Positions 7,715-17,445 of a stretch of DNA of 64,000 nucleotides are shown here, in pieces. The notes beneath the pieces were generated by a model. That model did not search any database. It was not told the origin of the DNA and saw only the letters and a list, made by a program, of their open reading frames with translations. Each line of letters opens with the position of its first letter. Position 1 is the first letter of the stretch. The stretch is from Candidatus Omnitrophota bacterium (lineage in GTDB: Bacteria > Omnitrophota > Gorgyraeia > Gygaellales > Profunditerraquicolaceae), in assembly GCA_041653955.1 (NCBI GenBank), contig JBAZEH010000002.1, forward strand, positions 24,380 through 88,379. The letters are read 5' to 3'. The position numbers were made by a program, and so were the translations under genes.

Positions 7715-9678
7715 TAGAGTTAAAAGATATACATAAGACATACCAGATGGGCAAGGTGGAAGTGAAAGCCCTGCAGGGGGTCACTTTATCCATTAAAGCC
7801 GGAGAGTTCGTAGCTATTATGGGCCCTTCGGGTTCCGGTAAATCCACCCTGATGCATATTATCGGGTTATTGGATAGCCCGGATAAAGGAGAATATTATT
7901 TATGCGGTAAACGCATGCATGATCTAAGTGAAGAGCAGTCAGCGCTCCTGCGTAACAGGCTTGTGGGGTTTATTTTTCAGCAGTTCCATCTCCTGCCGCG
8001 CATGAGCGCCCTTGAGAACGCGGAGCTGCCCCTTATATATGCCGGCAAGAGGCACCTTAAAGATAAGGCAGCGGAGAAGATACGCGAGGTAGGGTTAGCG
8101 CAGCGTAGTTCTCATCGTCCGAATGAGCTCTCGGGCGGTCAACAGCAAAGAGTGGCTATAGCCAGGGCCCTTGTAAATGAGCCGCTTATTATTATGGCGG
8201 ATGAGCCCACAGGTAACCTGGATTCAAAGAGCAAGGAAGAGATTGTCGGGGTATTGAAGGAGTTGAATAAAAAGGGTAAGACCGTTGTGGTAGTAACCCA
8301 TGAAAATGAGATAGCCGCCCACGCGCAGCGCGTCATTATGATGCGCGACGGTAAGATAGTTTCGGATAAATCCGGCAGCGCTATTGCTGCCTCGGAAAAA
8401 GATGAAGAGCAGGCAAAGGAGGCGTGCCGGAGTTTATCTGATTCCAGGCATAAGGTGGCAGGGGCAGAATTCAGGGATTTTGTTTTTCAGGCGCTTTCTG
8501 CGATGGTCTCTCATAAGGCGCGTTCTTTTCTTTCTATCCTGGGTATCCTTATAGGCGTGGCCGCGGTTATCGCTATGCTGGCCCTCGGGCAGGGCGCTAA
8601 GGAGTCTATCCAGGCGCAGCTCGCGTCATTAGGCTCTAATTTACTGATGATAAGGCCCGGTTCTTCGAGGGTACGCGGCGTCTCCCTTGAAGCAGGGGCA
8701 GTTACCAGGTTTACCTTCGCCGATGTGGCAGCGCTTGAGAAAATGACTGATTTTGTGCGCCGCATTACTCCTACCGTCAGAGGGAGGGCGCAGGTAGTTT
8801 ATGGGAACAGCAACTGGAACACGCAGGTAGAGGGGGCAGGCGCGGATTATGCGCAGATGCGTAATTCCGTTCCCGCGGTAGGCAGGTTTTTCACCGAAGA
8901 GGAAGTGAGGATGAGGGATAAGGTCGCGGTATTAGGCACGACCGTAGTAAAGGAACTTTTCGGGGACGCTAATCCGGTGGGCAGGACGATCAGGATAAAC
9001 CTGATAAATTTCAAAGTGATAGGGATACTGCCGGCAAAGGGCGCGAGCACCTTTCATGACCAGGATGATACTATGCTTATCCCCATAAGCACGGCTATGT
9101 ACCGCCTCCTCGGCAAGGATTATATAGACAGCATCTACGTAGAGGTAACGGATATCACCCGGATGCAGGAGGCAGAGGATGCCATTTCCCGGATGATCAT
9201 TAAGACGCACAGGTTAAGAAAAGATGAGCAGGATTCATTTATGATACGCAATATGGCTGATATAAAGGAAACGCTTGAGGCAACTACCAGGACAATGTCC
9301 ATACTCCTGGGTTGTATCGCCGCGATATCCCTTCTTGTCGGCGGAATAGGTATAATGAATATTATGCTTGTATCAGTTACTGAACGCACCCGAGAGATAG
9401 GCCTGCGTAAGGCGATAGGGGCCACAAACAGGGATATTATGCTGCAGTTTTTGGTTGAGGCAATACTTATGGCTACTATCGGAGGGGTGATCGGCATACT
9501 TTTAGGCAGTGGTGCCGCGGTCATGATAACGGTATTCGCCGGGTGGACAGTCAAGATAACCGCCGCTTCCATAATCCTTGCTACAGTATTTTCATTGGCC
9601 GTAGGAGTAGTATTCGGCCTGTGGCCGGCGCGCCAGGCAGCCCGCCTCGACCCCATAGAGGCATTAAGGTACGAATAA
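7711..9678 (+). CDS. macB: MacB-type ABC transporter (fused ATPase + FtsX permease)
   Basis: Walker A GPSGSGKST, signature LSGGQQQRVAIARAL, Walker B IIMADEPTGNLD, C-terminal 4-TM FtsX-like domain. Confidence 0.9.
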   Translation: MIELKDIHKTYQMGKVEVKALQGVTLSIKAGEFVAIMGPSGSGKSTLMHIIGLLDSPDKGEYYLCGKRMHDLSEEQSALLRNRLVGFIFQQFHLLPRMSALENAELPLIYAGKRHLKDKAAEKIREVGLAQRSSHRPNELSGGQQQRVAIARALVNEPLIIMADEPTGNLDSKSKEEIVGVLKELNKKGKTVVVVTHENEIAAHAQRVIMMRDGKIVSDKSGSAIAASEKDEEQAKEACRSLSDSRHKVAGAEFRDFVFQALSAMVSHKARSFLSILGILIGVAAVIAMLALGQGAKESIQAQLASLGSNLLMIRPGSSRVRGVSLEAGAVTRFTFADVAALEKMTDFVRRITPTVRGRAQVVYGNSNWNTQVEGAGADYAQMRNSVPAVGRFFTEEEVRMRDKVAVLGTTVVKELFGDANPVGRTIRINLINFKVIGILPAKGASTFHDQDDTMLIPISTAMYRLLGKDYIDSIYVEVTDITRMQEAEDAISRMIIKTHRLRKDEQDSFMIRNMADIKETLEATTRTMSILLGCIAAISLLVGGIGIMNIMLVSVTERTREIGLRKAIGATNRDIMLQFLVEAILMATIGGVIGILLGSGAAVMITVFAGWTVKITAASIILATVFSLAVGVVFGLWPARQAARLDPIEALRYE

Positions 9679-9683
9679 CCTTC

Positions 9684-9712
9684 TTGACCAGCCCTTCCAT
9701 CAGCAGTAAAAT
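9684..9712 (+). promoter_or_regulatory. promoter TTGACC-17-TAAAAT with GCAG just upstream of -10
   Basis: TTGACC at 9684-9689, cagcagTAAAAT at 9701-9712. Same architecture at 18589 and 38801. Confidence 0.6.
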
Positions 9713-9732
9713 AAATCACTATAAGGAGCCAT

Positions 9733-11751
9733 ATGAAACCATTCGGTATTAAGGTCCAGACCCGGCTTATATACTCCCTTCTTTTATTACTTTTTGTTTT
9801 TCTCTCCGTTTTTATCTCTTTCAGGATCATAGAGAGGAACGCGATAACCTTACTATTTGAGAATGATGCCTCTGAAAAGGAGCGCGTCTTTGATCAGCTC
9901 CTTCGGCTTAAAGGCGCTTCCCTTGAAGAGATAGCCTTTGATTATACCTATTGGGATGAGATGCTTGCGGCGGTATCCGGAAATGATAAGGCATGGGCTA
10001 ATATGAACTTATCCCTGGTAGCCCTTAACAATTATAATATTAACAGCATTTGGGTATATGATTCAGAAGGGGGAAGATTTTATTCTATAAATGACCTGGA
10101 TGATGATAAGCTTCCGGGGATAGAGTTTCCACAGGAGGTATTTAATCAGCTTCTTGAGAAACGTTTTGCCCACTTTTTTATAGATACTACATCCGGCCTG
10201 ATGGAGATGCGTGCAGCTACCATACACCCCAGCAAGGACGCCCAGAGGCAGAGCCGGCCGCAGGGATACTTTTTTTCCGGGCGCTTATGGACGGATAACT
10301 ATATTAAGGAGATATCGGAGCTTACGGATTCTACCATACAATTAAGGCAATGGTCCGCGGAGGCCGAAGGGCCTGAGAGCGGCCTTAAAAGAGGGGTAGT
10401 CATTTTCTTAAGAGACATTAAAGGATGGGACGGCAGGCCTTTTAAGCAGATGGTGGTTTCCCGGGCCTCGCGCGAGATCAGGGAGTTCAATGAAACATCA
10501 AAGAAATATTTCATATTCATTTTTATCCTGGCCGCGGCCCTGAGTTTTTTATCCGCATTTATGATCATCAAATGGGTGTCGCTTCCGCTGCATTCTATTT
10601 CGGCAGCGTTAAAGGCGGATGACCTGAAGTATATACAGAGATTAAGAAGGGATAAGACTGAATTCGGGGATATCACGCGGCTGATATTTGAATTCTCCAG
10701 GCAGAAGGAGGAATTACGCGCCATACTGGATAAATCCCCGTTTGGAGTTTACGTGGTAAATGATAAAGGGGACGTTGATTATGTAAACCCCGCAATGCTT
10801 GAGATATCCGGGGATACCGAAGAGCAGTTCAGGAGTATCTGTCTTCCTGACCTTCCCGCCTATAAAGAGTCCGGCCTTTGCGACGAAATAAGATCCGTGA
10901 TACGGGAGAGGAAGCCGTTTTACAGGAGGGCCGTCCCGTATACTTCCCCATTCAGCCATAAGGCGACGATAAGAAATATGAGCGGTATGCCGTTTGAAGA
11001 GGAGGGCACGGTCAAGGCGCTAATTTTCGTTGAAGATGTGACCGAGCGGGAGAACCTGGAGAGGATGAAGAGCTCGCTTATACATATGATAGTGCACGAC
11101 CTGAATAATCCCCTGGCGGGGATAATGGGGAATATAGAACTCATGAAGATGGAGATGAAAGACCGGCTTTCCGAAGACCAAAAGAACTATCTTTATTTTA
11201 TGGGTTATAGCGCCAGGCAGATGCGGGATATGGTCTCGGACCTTCTTGATATCAATAAGATGGAAGAGGGTAAATTTAACCTGAAGCTTGAAGATGTGGA
11301 ACTGAACAGTCTTTTTAGCGAGATAAGGGACGCTATGAAAGTTATCGCTAACAGTGATAATAAATCAATTATCACGGAGGTTGCCGCGGGCATGAAGGCG
11401 CGGGCTGACGGCGTGATCTTAAGGAGGATCATAAGCAACCTTATAGGTAATGCCCTAAAATTTACCCCTTCAGGTTCTGCCATAACGGCAGGAGTGCGTT
11501 ACAATGAGAGCCGCGGAGAATTCCTGTTCAGCGTTAAAGACCGGGGAGAGGGTATCCCCAGGGAATACCTGCCCCGTGTCTTTGATAAATTTGTGCAGGT
11601 TGACCCTGCCCAGGCAAAAGCCAGGAGGGGCAAGGGGCTCGGGCTTACTTTTTGCAAGATGGCGGTGGAGGCCCATGGCGGAAGGATATGGGCAGAGAGC
11701 GAAATGGGCGCGGGAAGCACTTTTTATTTTACTATCCCCGATAAAAAATAA
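9733..11751 (+). CDS. sensor histidine kinase (N-terminal sensor/TM, PAS, HisKA, HATPase_c)
   Basis: H-box HDLNNPLAGIMGNIELM. G-boxes in GLGLTFCKMAVEAHGGRIWAESEMGAGSTFYFTIP. No response regulator adjacent. Confidence 0.85.
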   Translation: MKPFGIKVQTRLIYSLLLLLFVFLSVFISFRIIERNAITLLFENDASEKERVFDQLLRLKGASLEEIAFDYTYWDEMLAAVSGNDKAWANMNLSLVALNNYNINSIWVYDSEGGRFYSINDLDDDKLPGIEFPQEVFNQLLEKRFAHFFIDTTSGLMEMRAATIHPSKDAQRQSRPQGYFFSGRLWTDNYIKEISELTDSTIQLRQWSAEAEGPESGLKRGVVIFLRDIKGWDGRPFKQMVVSRASREIREFNETSKKYFIFIFILAAALSFLSAFMIIKWVSLPLHSISAALKADDLKYIQRLRRDKTEFGDITRLIFEFSRQKEELRAILDKSPFGVYVVNDKGDVDYVNPAMLEISGDTEEQFRSICLPDLPAYKESGLCDEIRSVIRERKPFYRRAVPYTSPFSHKATIRNMSGMPFEEEGTVKALIFVEDVTERENLERMKSSLIHMIVHDLNNPLAGIMGNIELMKMEMKDRLSEDQKNYLYFMGYSARQMRDMVSDLLDINKMEEGKFNLKLEDVELNSLFSEIRDAMKVIANSDNKSIITEVAAGMKARADGVILRRIISNLIGNALKFTPSGSAITAGVRYNESRGEFLFSVKDRGEGIPREYLPRVFDKFVQVDPAQAKARRGKGLGLTFCKMAVEAHGGRIWAESEMGAGSTFYFTIPDKK

Positions 11752-11760
11752 TAATAAATC

Positions 11761-12159
11761 ATGAGCCGTTCATACATCAGGATAATAATCACCGCGCTGC
11801 TAATAATACTGGCTGTATATGTGAATATTATCGCCCTAAGGAGAATAAGCCATTACGCGTTGGAGGTATATTTTTACGATAAGCTCTCCGTGGCTTACGA
11901 TATCGGAGGGAGAAAGGGCCTGGAGAAGGAGATCGCCAGGATAAAAGCAACGGAAAAACAGCGGCTCGTGGCGAAGATGGCCGAGGAGTTAGAGGGGAAG
12001 ATCAGCCTTATCCCTGACCCGGCCCCTTTCATTGATAATTCTTTATCAGCGGGCAAGAACAGGATAAGGGCGCTGCGGAGCCTGCGCATTATTGCCATAC
12101 TATTGATCATGGGAATACTCCTGTTAAGGTTCCTTGTTAACCGTAAGCCGGGCAAATAA
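11761..12159 (+). CDS. hypothetical membrane protein (N- and C-terminal TM helices)
   Basis: ORF with hydrophobic termini, immediately downstream of the kinase. Confidence 0.45.
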   Translation: MSRSYIRIIITALLIILAVYVNIIALRRISHYALEVYFYDKLSVAYDIGGRKGLEKEIARIKATEKQRLVAKMAEELEGKISLIPDPAPFIDNSLSAGKNRIRALRSLRIIAILLIMGILLLRFLVNRKPGK

Positions 12160-12167
12160 TTTTTTTC

Positions 12168-12250
12168 TTGACTTTATATGCAAAATATATATAATAATAT
12201 GCAATATATATATAAAGATATGTATAAAGTATATAATCATATGCAAAAAG
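12168..12250 (+). promoter_or_regulatory. AT-rich promoter region with three ATATGCAA direct repeats (TTGACT-16-TATAAT)
   Basis: TTGACT at 12168-12173, TATAAT at 12190-12195. ATATGCAAAAT at 12175, ATATGCAATAT at 12197, ATATGCAAAAAG at 12239. Confidence 0.5.
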
Positions 12251-12274
12251 CATATAACATAAGGAGCGCTTAAG

Positions 12275-13819
12275 ATGAAGCTGCTTAGTAAAAATAAGAT
12301 CAGGCTGCTTAAGCTGTTTTATTCCCATCCCCGGGAGGAGCTTTATATACAGCAGATCGGGCGGCTTTTAGGCAAGAAGCCCGGGGTATTCCAGAGGGCA
12401 CTTGAGGACCTGAACAAGGAGAAGTTAGTTTTGAGTGAATACAAGGCGAATGCCAGGTTCTTTAGGATAAATACCGGGCATTCCATATATAATGAATTAA
12501 AGAGCATAATCTCTAAGTCGGCAAAGATATTGCTTTTGGTATTTTTATTCTGCGTTTCGGTCTTATACGCCGGGGAGAAGCCGTTTGACCTTAAAGGAGC
12601 GATATCCCTCGCCTTTAAGAATAATAAGGATATCCAGATGCAGGAGATGGAGGTAAGGGCGGCGCGCGCTAATATCATGGATGCCCGCAGCCGCTTCCTT
12701 CCTAAGATCAATATGGAAGGTTCATATATCCATAATGATAAGGTTTTCGCGGAGAATATATTTACCGGTTATCGCAATGATAACCAGATAGGCCTTACTC
12801 TCAACGAATCTATTTACAGTGGCGGAGCCAATATCGCTAGTTTCAGGCAGGCGGGTATCGGATTAAGGGCCCAGGAGGAGACCCTGCGCGCCAAGAAGCT
12901 GGATGTGGAGTTTGACGCTAAACGCCTCTATTACGGGCTCCTGCTTGCTTATGAGACCGAGCGTATTGCCAGCGAGGCCCTGGGCCAGGCCAGGGCGCAT
13001 TACGCGGACGTAAAACACAGATTTGACCAGGGAACATCTTCGCGCTTTGACCTTCTGCAATCCGGGGTGCAGGTGTCCCTGCTTGTGCCTGAACTGGTAA
13101 AGGCGAGCAGCGAGATAAAATTGATCCAGGCGGAATTAAATAAACTGTTGGGCTTAAAGATCGGCACGCCCATAGAGATAGAAGGAAGGCTATCTTATGC
13201 CATCTTTGATATTGAAGAGGGGGAGTTCCTTAAGACAGCTTATCTTAACAAACCGGAGATGACGCTGAAGGCCCTGGGGATAGATATTAATAAATGGGGT
13301 ATCCAGATGGCTAAATCCGGTTACCGTCCGCAGGTAGATATGCTGGGTAACTACTATTACCGTTCAAATAATACCGGGGATATGATCAATAGCAACCACA
13401 GGAACTGGAATATAGGGTTTAAGGTCAACATACCGATATTCGAAGGTTTTTCTACAAAGGCAAAGGTAGATGAGGCAAAGGCCCGTTATGCCCAGGCACT
13501 GCTGGATAAAGAGGACCTGAGCGATCAGATCGCAGTGGATGTGCGCCAGGCGTGCCTGAACCTGAAAGAATCCGAGGCAGTGATCAATTCACAGAAAGAC
13601 CATATAGATGAAGCCCGTGAGGCATTAAAGATAGCAGAGATAAGTTATGATGCCGGGGTAGGCACTAATCTTGATGTATTGGACGCGCAGGTCTCGCTTT
13701 CCAAGATACAGCAGAATCTTGCTTCAGCGACTTATGATTACCTTATGGCTGAGGCATATCTTAAGAGGAGCATGGGAGAGAGTTTCCTTAAGGAGGAGAA
13801 AGATGAAAAAAAGAGCTAA
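12275..13819 (+). CDS. TolC-family outer membrane protein with an unusual N-terminal ~85-aa winged-helix-like extension (possible gene fusion or mis-start)
   Basis: N-terminus LKLFYSHPREELYIQQIGRLLGKKPGVFQRALEDLNKEKLVLSEYKANARFFRIN looks wHTH-like. It is followed by a signal-peptide-like stretch KILLLVFLFCVSVLYAG and then OEP repeats. No in-frame ATG precedes the signal peptide. Confidence 0.7.
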   Translation: MKLLSKNKIRLLKLFYSHPREELYIQQIGRLLGKKPGVFQRALEDLNKEKLVLSEYKANARFFRINTGHSIYNELKSIISKSAKILLLVFLFCVSVLYAGEKPFDLKGAISLAFKNNKDIQMQEMEVRAARANIMDARSRFLPKINMEGSYIHNDKVFAENIFTGYRNDNQIGLTLNESIYSGGANIASFRQAGIGLRAQEETLRAKKLDVEFDAKRLYYGLLLAYETERIASEALGQARAHYADVKHRFDQGTSSRFDLLQSGVQVSLLVPELVKASSEIKLIQAELNKLLGLKIGTPIEIEGRLSYAIFDIEEGEFLKTAYLNKPEMTLKALGIDINKWGIQMAKSGYRPQVDMLGNYYYRSNNTGDMINSNHRNWNIGFKVNIPIFEGFSTKAKVDEAKARYAQALLDKEDLSDQIAVDVRQACLNLKESEAVINSQKDHIDEAREALKIAEISYDAGVGTNLDVLDAQVSLSKIQQNLASATYDYLMAEAYLKRSMGESFLKEEKDEKKS

Positions 13820-14642
13820 ATATGTCTTTATTATCCTGGCAGCTTTTATCGCCGGCATCTGGGCGGCGTCATTTATCATACAGAAAGAAAAAAGGGAGCA
13901 CCAGCGGCATATCAAGGTTTCCGGGAATATAGAGGGTGATGACGTGCGCTTATCTTTCAGGGTGAACGGTCAGATCACCGAGCTCCTTACCGATGAAGGA
14001 AGATCCATACGGCAGGGAGATATAGTGGCGCGCCTGAATACCGATGAATTGAGCAAGGAAAAAGCCAATGCCGAGGCAGCCCTTAAGGCGGCGCAATACC
14101 AGTATGAACTGTCTAAAGTTGATTATGAAAGGGCAGAGAAGCTCCTTAAGGCCGGGGCGCTCTCGGCGCAGCAGCGTGATACCGCTAAAACTAAATTTGA
14201 GTCTGACCGTTCGGATGTTGAACAGTTCAAGGCGCAGCTGGAATTGGCTGAAACACGGCTGGGATTTACGGAGTTAGCTTCGCCCCTTGACGGTTATATC
14301 CTTTTAAAGAGTTCCCTTGCCGGGGAGGTGATCCAGCCGGGGACCCCCGTATTTACCGCCGTAGACTTGCATAATATCTGGGTCACCGCTTATATTAATG
14401 AGACGGACCTGGGCAGGGTGAAGCTTAACCAGGAGGCCGAGGTCGCCACCGATACCTATCCCGGCAAGAAATATAAAGGCCGGGTCTCTTTTATCTCCGG
14501 AGAAGCGGAATTTACTCCTAAATTTATCCAGACGCAGGAGGAGAGAGTGAAACTGGTTTACCGGATAAAGGTAAAGGTGGAGAATGATGGTCTTGATCTA
14601 AAACCGGGGATGCCTGCCGATGCGTACATCTCTATAGAATAA
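13803..14642 (+). CDS. HlyD-family efflux adaptor subunit
   Basis: Start MKKRAKYVFIILAAFIAGIWAASFI (TM), coiled-coil hairpin, beta-barrel. Start set at the ATG at 13803 rather than the track start 13671. Confidence 0.8.
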   Translation: MKKRAKYVFIILAAFIAGIWAASFIIQKEKREHQRHIKVSGNIEGDDVRLSFRVNGQITELLTDEGRSIRQGDIVARLNTDELSKEKANAEAALKAAQYQYELSKVDYERAEKLLKAGALSAQQRDTAKTKFESDRSDVEQFKAQLELAETRLGFTELASPLDGYILLKSSLAGEVIQPGTPVFTAVDLHNIWVTAYINETDLGRVKLNQEAEVATDTYPGKKYKGRVSFISGEAEFTPKFIQTQEERVKLVYRIKVKVENDGLDLKPGMPADAYISIE

Positions 14643-14650
14643 ATATCCGT

Positions 14651-15391
14651 ATGGTGACCATAAAGACAGAAGGGCTTACCAAAAAATTCGCTGATCTTAC
14701 CGCGGTAGATAATCTTAACCTTGAGGTAAATGAAGGGGAGATATTCGGGCTCGTGGGCCCCGATGGAGCCGGGAAGACTACAACTATGCGCCTTTTGACC
14801 GGCATATTAAACCCTACTTCAGGCAAGGCGCGTGTTTGCGACAGGGATACCGTAAAAGAGTCGGAGATCTTGAAAGATTCAATTGCTTATATGTCCCAGC
14901 GTTTCGGGCTTTATGAAGAATTAAGTGTCATGGAAAATATCAATTTTTATGCCGATGTTTACGGCGTGGCAAAAGATAAACGAGGAGAGGCTGTTGACAG
15001 GCTCCTGGGTTTTTCGGGGCTGCTTCCTTTTAAACAGCGCTTCGCCGGCAAGCTATCCGGAGGGATGAAGCAGAAATTAGGCCTGGCCTGCGCGCTCATC
15101 CATACCCCCAAAGTACTTTTTCTGGATGAGCCCACCAATGGCGTTGACCCGGTATCCAGGAGGGATTTCTGGGATATACTTTACGACCTGCTTAAGGAAA
15201 AGGTAACTATTTTCTGTTCTACCTGTTATCTTGACGAGGCGGAACGCTGCGGCAGGGTAGGGATGTTGCATAAGGGAAAGTTGCTGCGTTGCGAATCCCC
15301 GGACACTATCAAAAAAGAATATAATGTCAAGACTCTGGAGGAGGCGCTTATCCAGATAATAAAGGAATATGATGGACAACAGCCAAAATGA
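14651..15391 (+). CDS. ABC transporter ATP-binding protein
   Basis: GPDGAGKTT, LSGGMKQKLGLACAL, LFLDEPTNGVD. Confidence 0.9.
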   Translation: MVTIKTEGLTKKFADLTAVDNLNLEVNEGEIFGLVGPDGAGKTTTMRLLTGILNPTSGKARVCDRDTVKESEILKDSIAYMSQRFGLYEELSVMENINFYADVYGVAKDKRGEAVDRLLGFSGLLPFKQRFAGKLSGGMKQKLGLACALIHTPKVLFLDEPTNGVDPVSRRDFWDILYDLLKEKVTIFCSTCYLDEAERCGRVGMLHKGKLLRCESPDTIKKEYNVKTLEEALIQIIKEYDGQQPK

Positions 15392-16334
15392 TATCGCGGT
15401 CAGCGTAGAGAAACTGGAGAAAAGGTTCGGGGATTTTGTCGCCGTAAACCGTATCGATTTTACGGTTCGAAGGGGGGAGATATTCGGGTTTCTCGGGCCT
15501 AACGGAGCGGGGAAATCCACCACTATAAGGATGCTCTGTGGTATTATCCCTCCGACTTCAGGGAATGGGCATGTGGGAGGTTACGATATCATCCGGGAGC
15601 AGCATAAGATCAAAGAGCATATAGGTTATATGTCGCAGAAATTCTCTTTGTATAATGACCTCACCGTAGCGGAAAATATAGATTTTTACAGCGGTTTATA
15701 CAAGATACCCGCCGCGGAGAAAAGGGAGCGTTTTAATGCGGTATTACGCGCGGCGGGGCTGGAAGGGATGGAGTCGAGCCTCACCGTTACCCTTGCCGGA
15801 GGATGGAAACAGCGCCTGGCTTTGGGGTGCGCGCTTTTGCATAAACCGAAGATAATATTCCTTGATGAGCCTACCTCCGGGGTAGACCCTATTACGCGGC
15901 AGAACTTTTGGGATACTATAAAAGGGCTCTCCGCCGAAGGGGTCACTGTCTTTGTTACCACCCATTATATGGATGAAGCGGAGAACTGTAACCGCATGGT
16001 CCTTATTTACCACGGCACTATCATAGCCCAGGGCACACCCCGGGAGATGAAGACTGAGGTGATGAAAAATGAAGTGCTTGAGATCGCGGTCCCTAATTCC
16101 CAGGGGTGGCTTGAGAAGGTGAAGGGTGCCCCTGGCGTAAATAAGGCGGCGCTATTCGGAGCGACGATCCACGCCGTAGTTAATGACAGCGCTATTGCCG
16201 CTACGCAGATAAAAGGGCTCCTTGATAAAGAGAACGCAGGCCCCTTTACCATAAATAAGATATCTCCGTCTCTGGAGGATGTGTTTGTTTGCGCTATAGA
16301 AAACTATGACCAGTCAACCCCTGAAAAGAATTAG
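15369..16334 (+). CDS. ABC transporter ATP-binding protein (second ATPase)
   Basis: GPNGAGKST, LAGGWKQRLALGCAL, IFLDEPTSGVD. Confidence 0.9.
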   Translation: MMDNSQNDIAVSVEKLEKRFGDFVAVNRIDFTVRRGEIFGFLGPNGAGKSTTIRMLCGIIPPTSGNGHVGGYDIIREQHKIKEHIGYMSQKFSLYNDLTVAENIDFYSGLYKIPAAEKRERFNAVLRAAGLEGMESSLTVTLAGGWKQRLALGCALLHKPKIIFLDEPTSGVDPITRQNFWDTIKGLSAEGVTVFVTTHYMDEAENCNRMVLIYHGTIIAQGTPREMKTEVMKNEVLEIAVPNSQGWLEKVKGAPGVNKAALFGATIHAVVNDSAIAATQIKGLLDKENAGPFTINKISPSLEDVFVCAIENYDQSTPEKN

Positions 16335-17445
16335 GGCGATAGCCTATAAGGAGTTTATCCAGATAAAGCGCGACCCCCGTTCGCTGGCCCTGGCCCTTTT
16401 TATCCCTGTTTTCCTGCTTTTTATTTTCGGATACGCCCTTTCGCTGGATATAGACCACGTGCGCACCGTTGTCTGGAACCAGGACCGCTCGCAGTTCTCC
16501 CGCGATTTTCTAATTAATTTCAATAATTCAAAATATTTTAATATAGTCAGGTATACCGATAATTACCGGGATATCGAGCATATGATAGACAGCGGAGAAG
16601 TGCTTATGGCCCTGGTTATCCCCAAGGATTTCTCCCGGTTGATCAGGTCGGGAAAGAGCGCGACAGTGCAATTACTGGTAGACGGAAGCGACGCCAATAC
16701 AGCTACTATAGCCATGGGTTATACGCGCTCCATCGTATCAAAATATAACGCTGACCTTCTGACTGATATGGTTGCCCGGCAGGGGGCCAAACCGTCCAGC
16801 TCCATTGATGCCCGCAGCCGGGTATGGTTCAATATGGGGCTTACCAGCACCTGGTTTATCATACCCGGGGTTATCGCGATGATCATTATGATCATCGCCG
16901 CGCTCCTTACTTCTATATGCGTGGCGCGGGAATGGGAGAGGGGGACGATGGAGCAGCTTATATCCACTCCGGTAAAGGCCCCCGAGTTGATCATCGGTAA
17001 ATTCATACCCTATTTTATCATCGGCATGTTTGACCTGACAGTGGGGTTGATCATGGCCCGCTTCCTGTTCGGGGTCCCTTTCAGGGGGAGCTATCTTCTT
17101 CTTTTCGCTTTAAGTTCGCTTTTTTTAACCGGTGCTTTATCGCAGGGGATACTGATCTCGGTAATAGCCAGGACGCAGTTGATGGCAAGCCAGATAGCTA
17201 CTCTCACGACGATGATACCGACCATACTTCTATCAGGGTTTATATACCCTATTTTCAATATGCCCAAATTCATACAGGTGATCACATATTTTATCCCGGC
17301 GCGCTACTATATCGTTATTTTAAGGGAATTGTTCTTAAAGGGGGGGACCATAAACGTTATGTGGGATGAAAGCGCGTTCCTTCTGGTATTCGCTTTTATG
17401 ATGCTCGGGTCAGCCGTAATAAGGTTCCGTAAAAAGGTGGCGTAA
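16306..17445 (+). CDS. ABC-2 family transporter permease
   Basis: Large N-terminal periplasmic loop followed by 5-6 TM helices, typical of the ABC-2/YhhJ type. Confidence 0.8.
   Translation: MTSQPLKRIRAIAYKEFIQIKRDPRSLALALFIPVFLLFIFGYALSLDIDHVRTVVWNQDRSQFSRDFLINFNNSKYFNIVRYTDNYRDIEHMIDSGEVLMALVIPKDFSRLIRSGKSATVQLLVDGSDANTATIAMGYTRSIVSKYNADLLTDMVARQGAKPSSSIDARSRVWFNMGLTSTWFIIPGVIAMIIMIIAALLTSICVAREWERGTMEQLISTPVKAPELIIGKFIPYFIIGMFDLTVGLIMARFLFGVPFRGSYLLLFALSSLFLTGALSQGILISVIARTQLMASQIATLTTMIPTILLSGFIYPIFNMPKFIQVITYFIPARYYIVILRELFLKGGTINVMWDESAFLLVFAFMMLGSAVIRFRKKVA

Noticed and set aside
9135-9830. 231-aa minus-strand ORF
   Set aside because: Antisense to the macB 3' end and the histidine-kinase promoter/start region. 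Low-complexity translation, no motifs.
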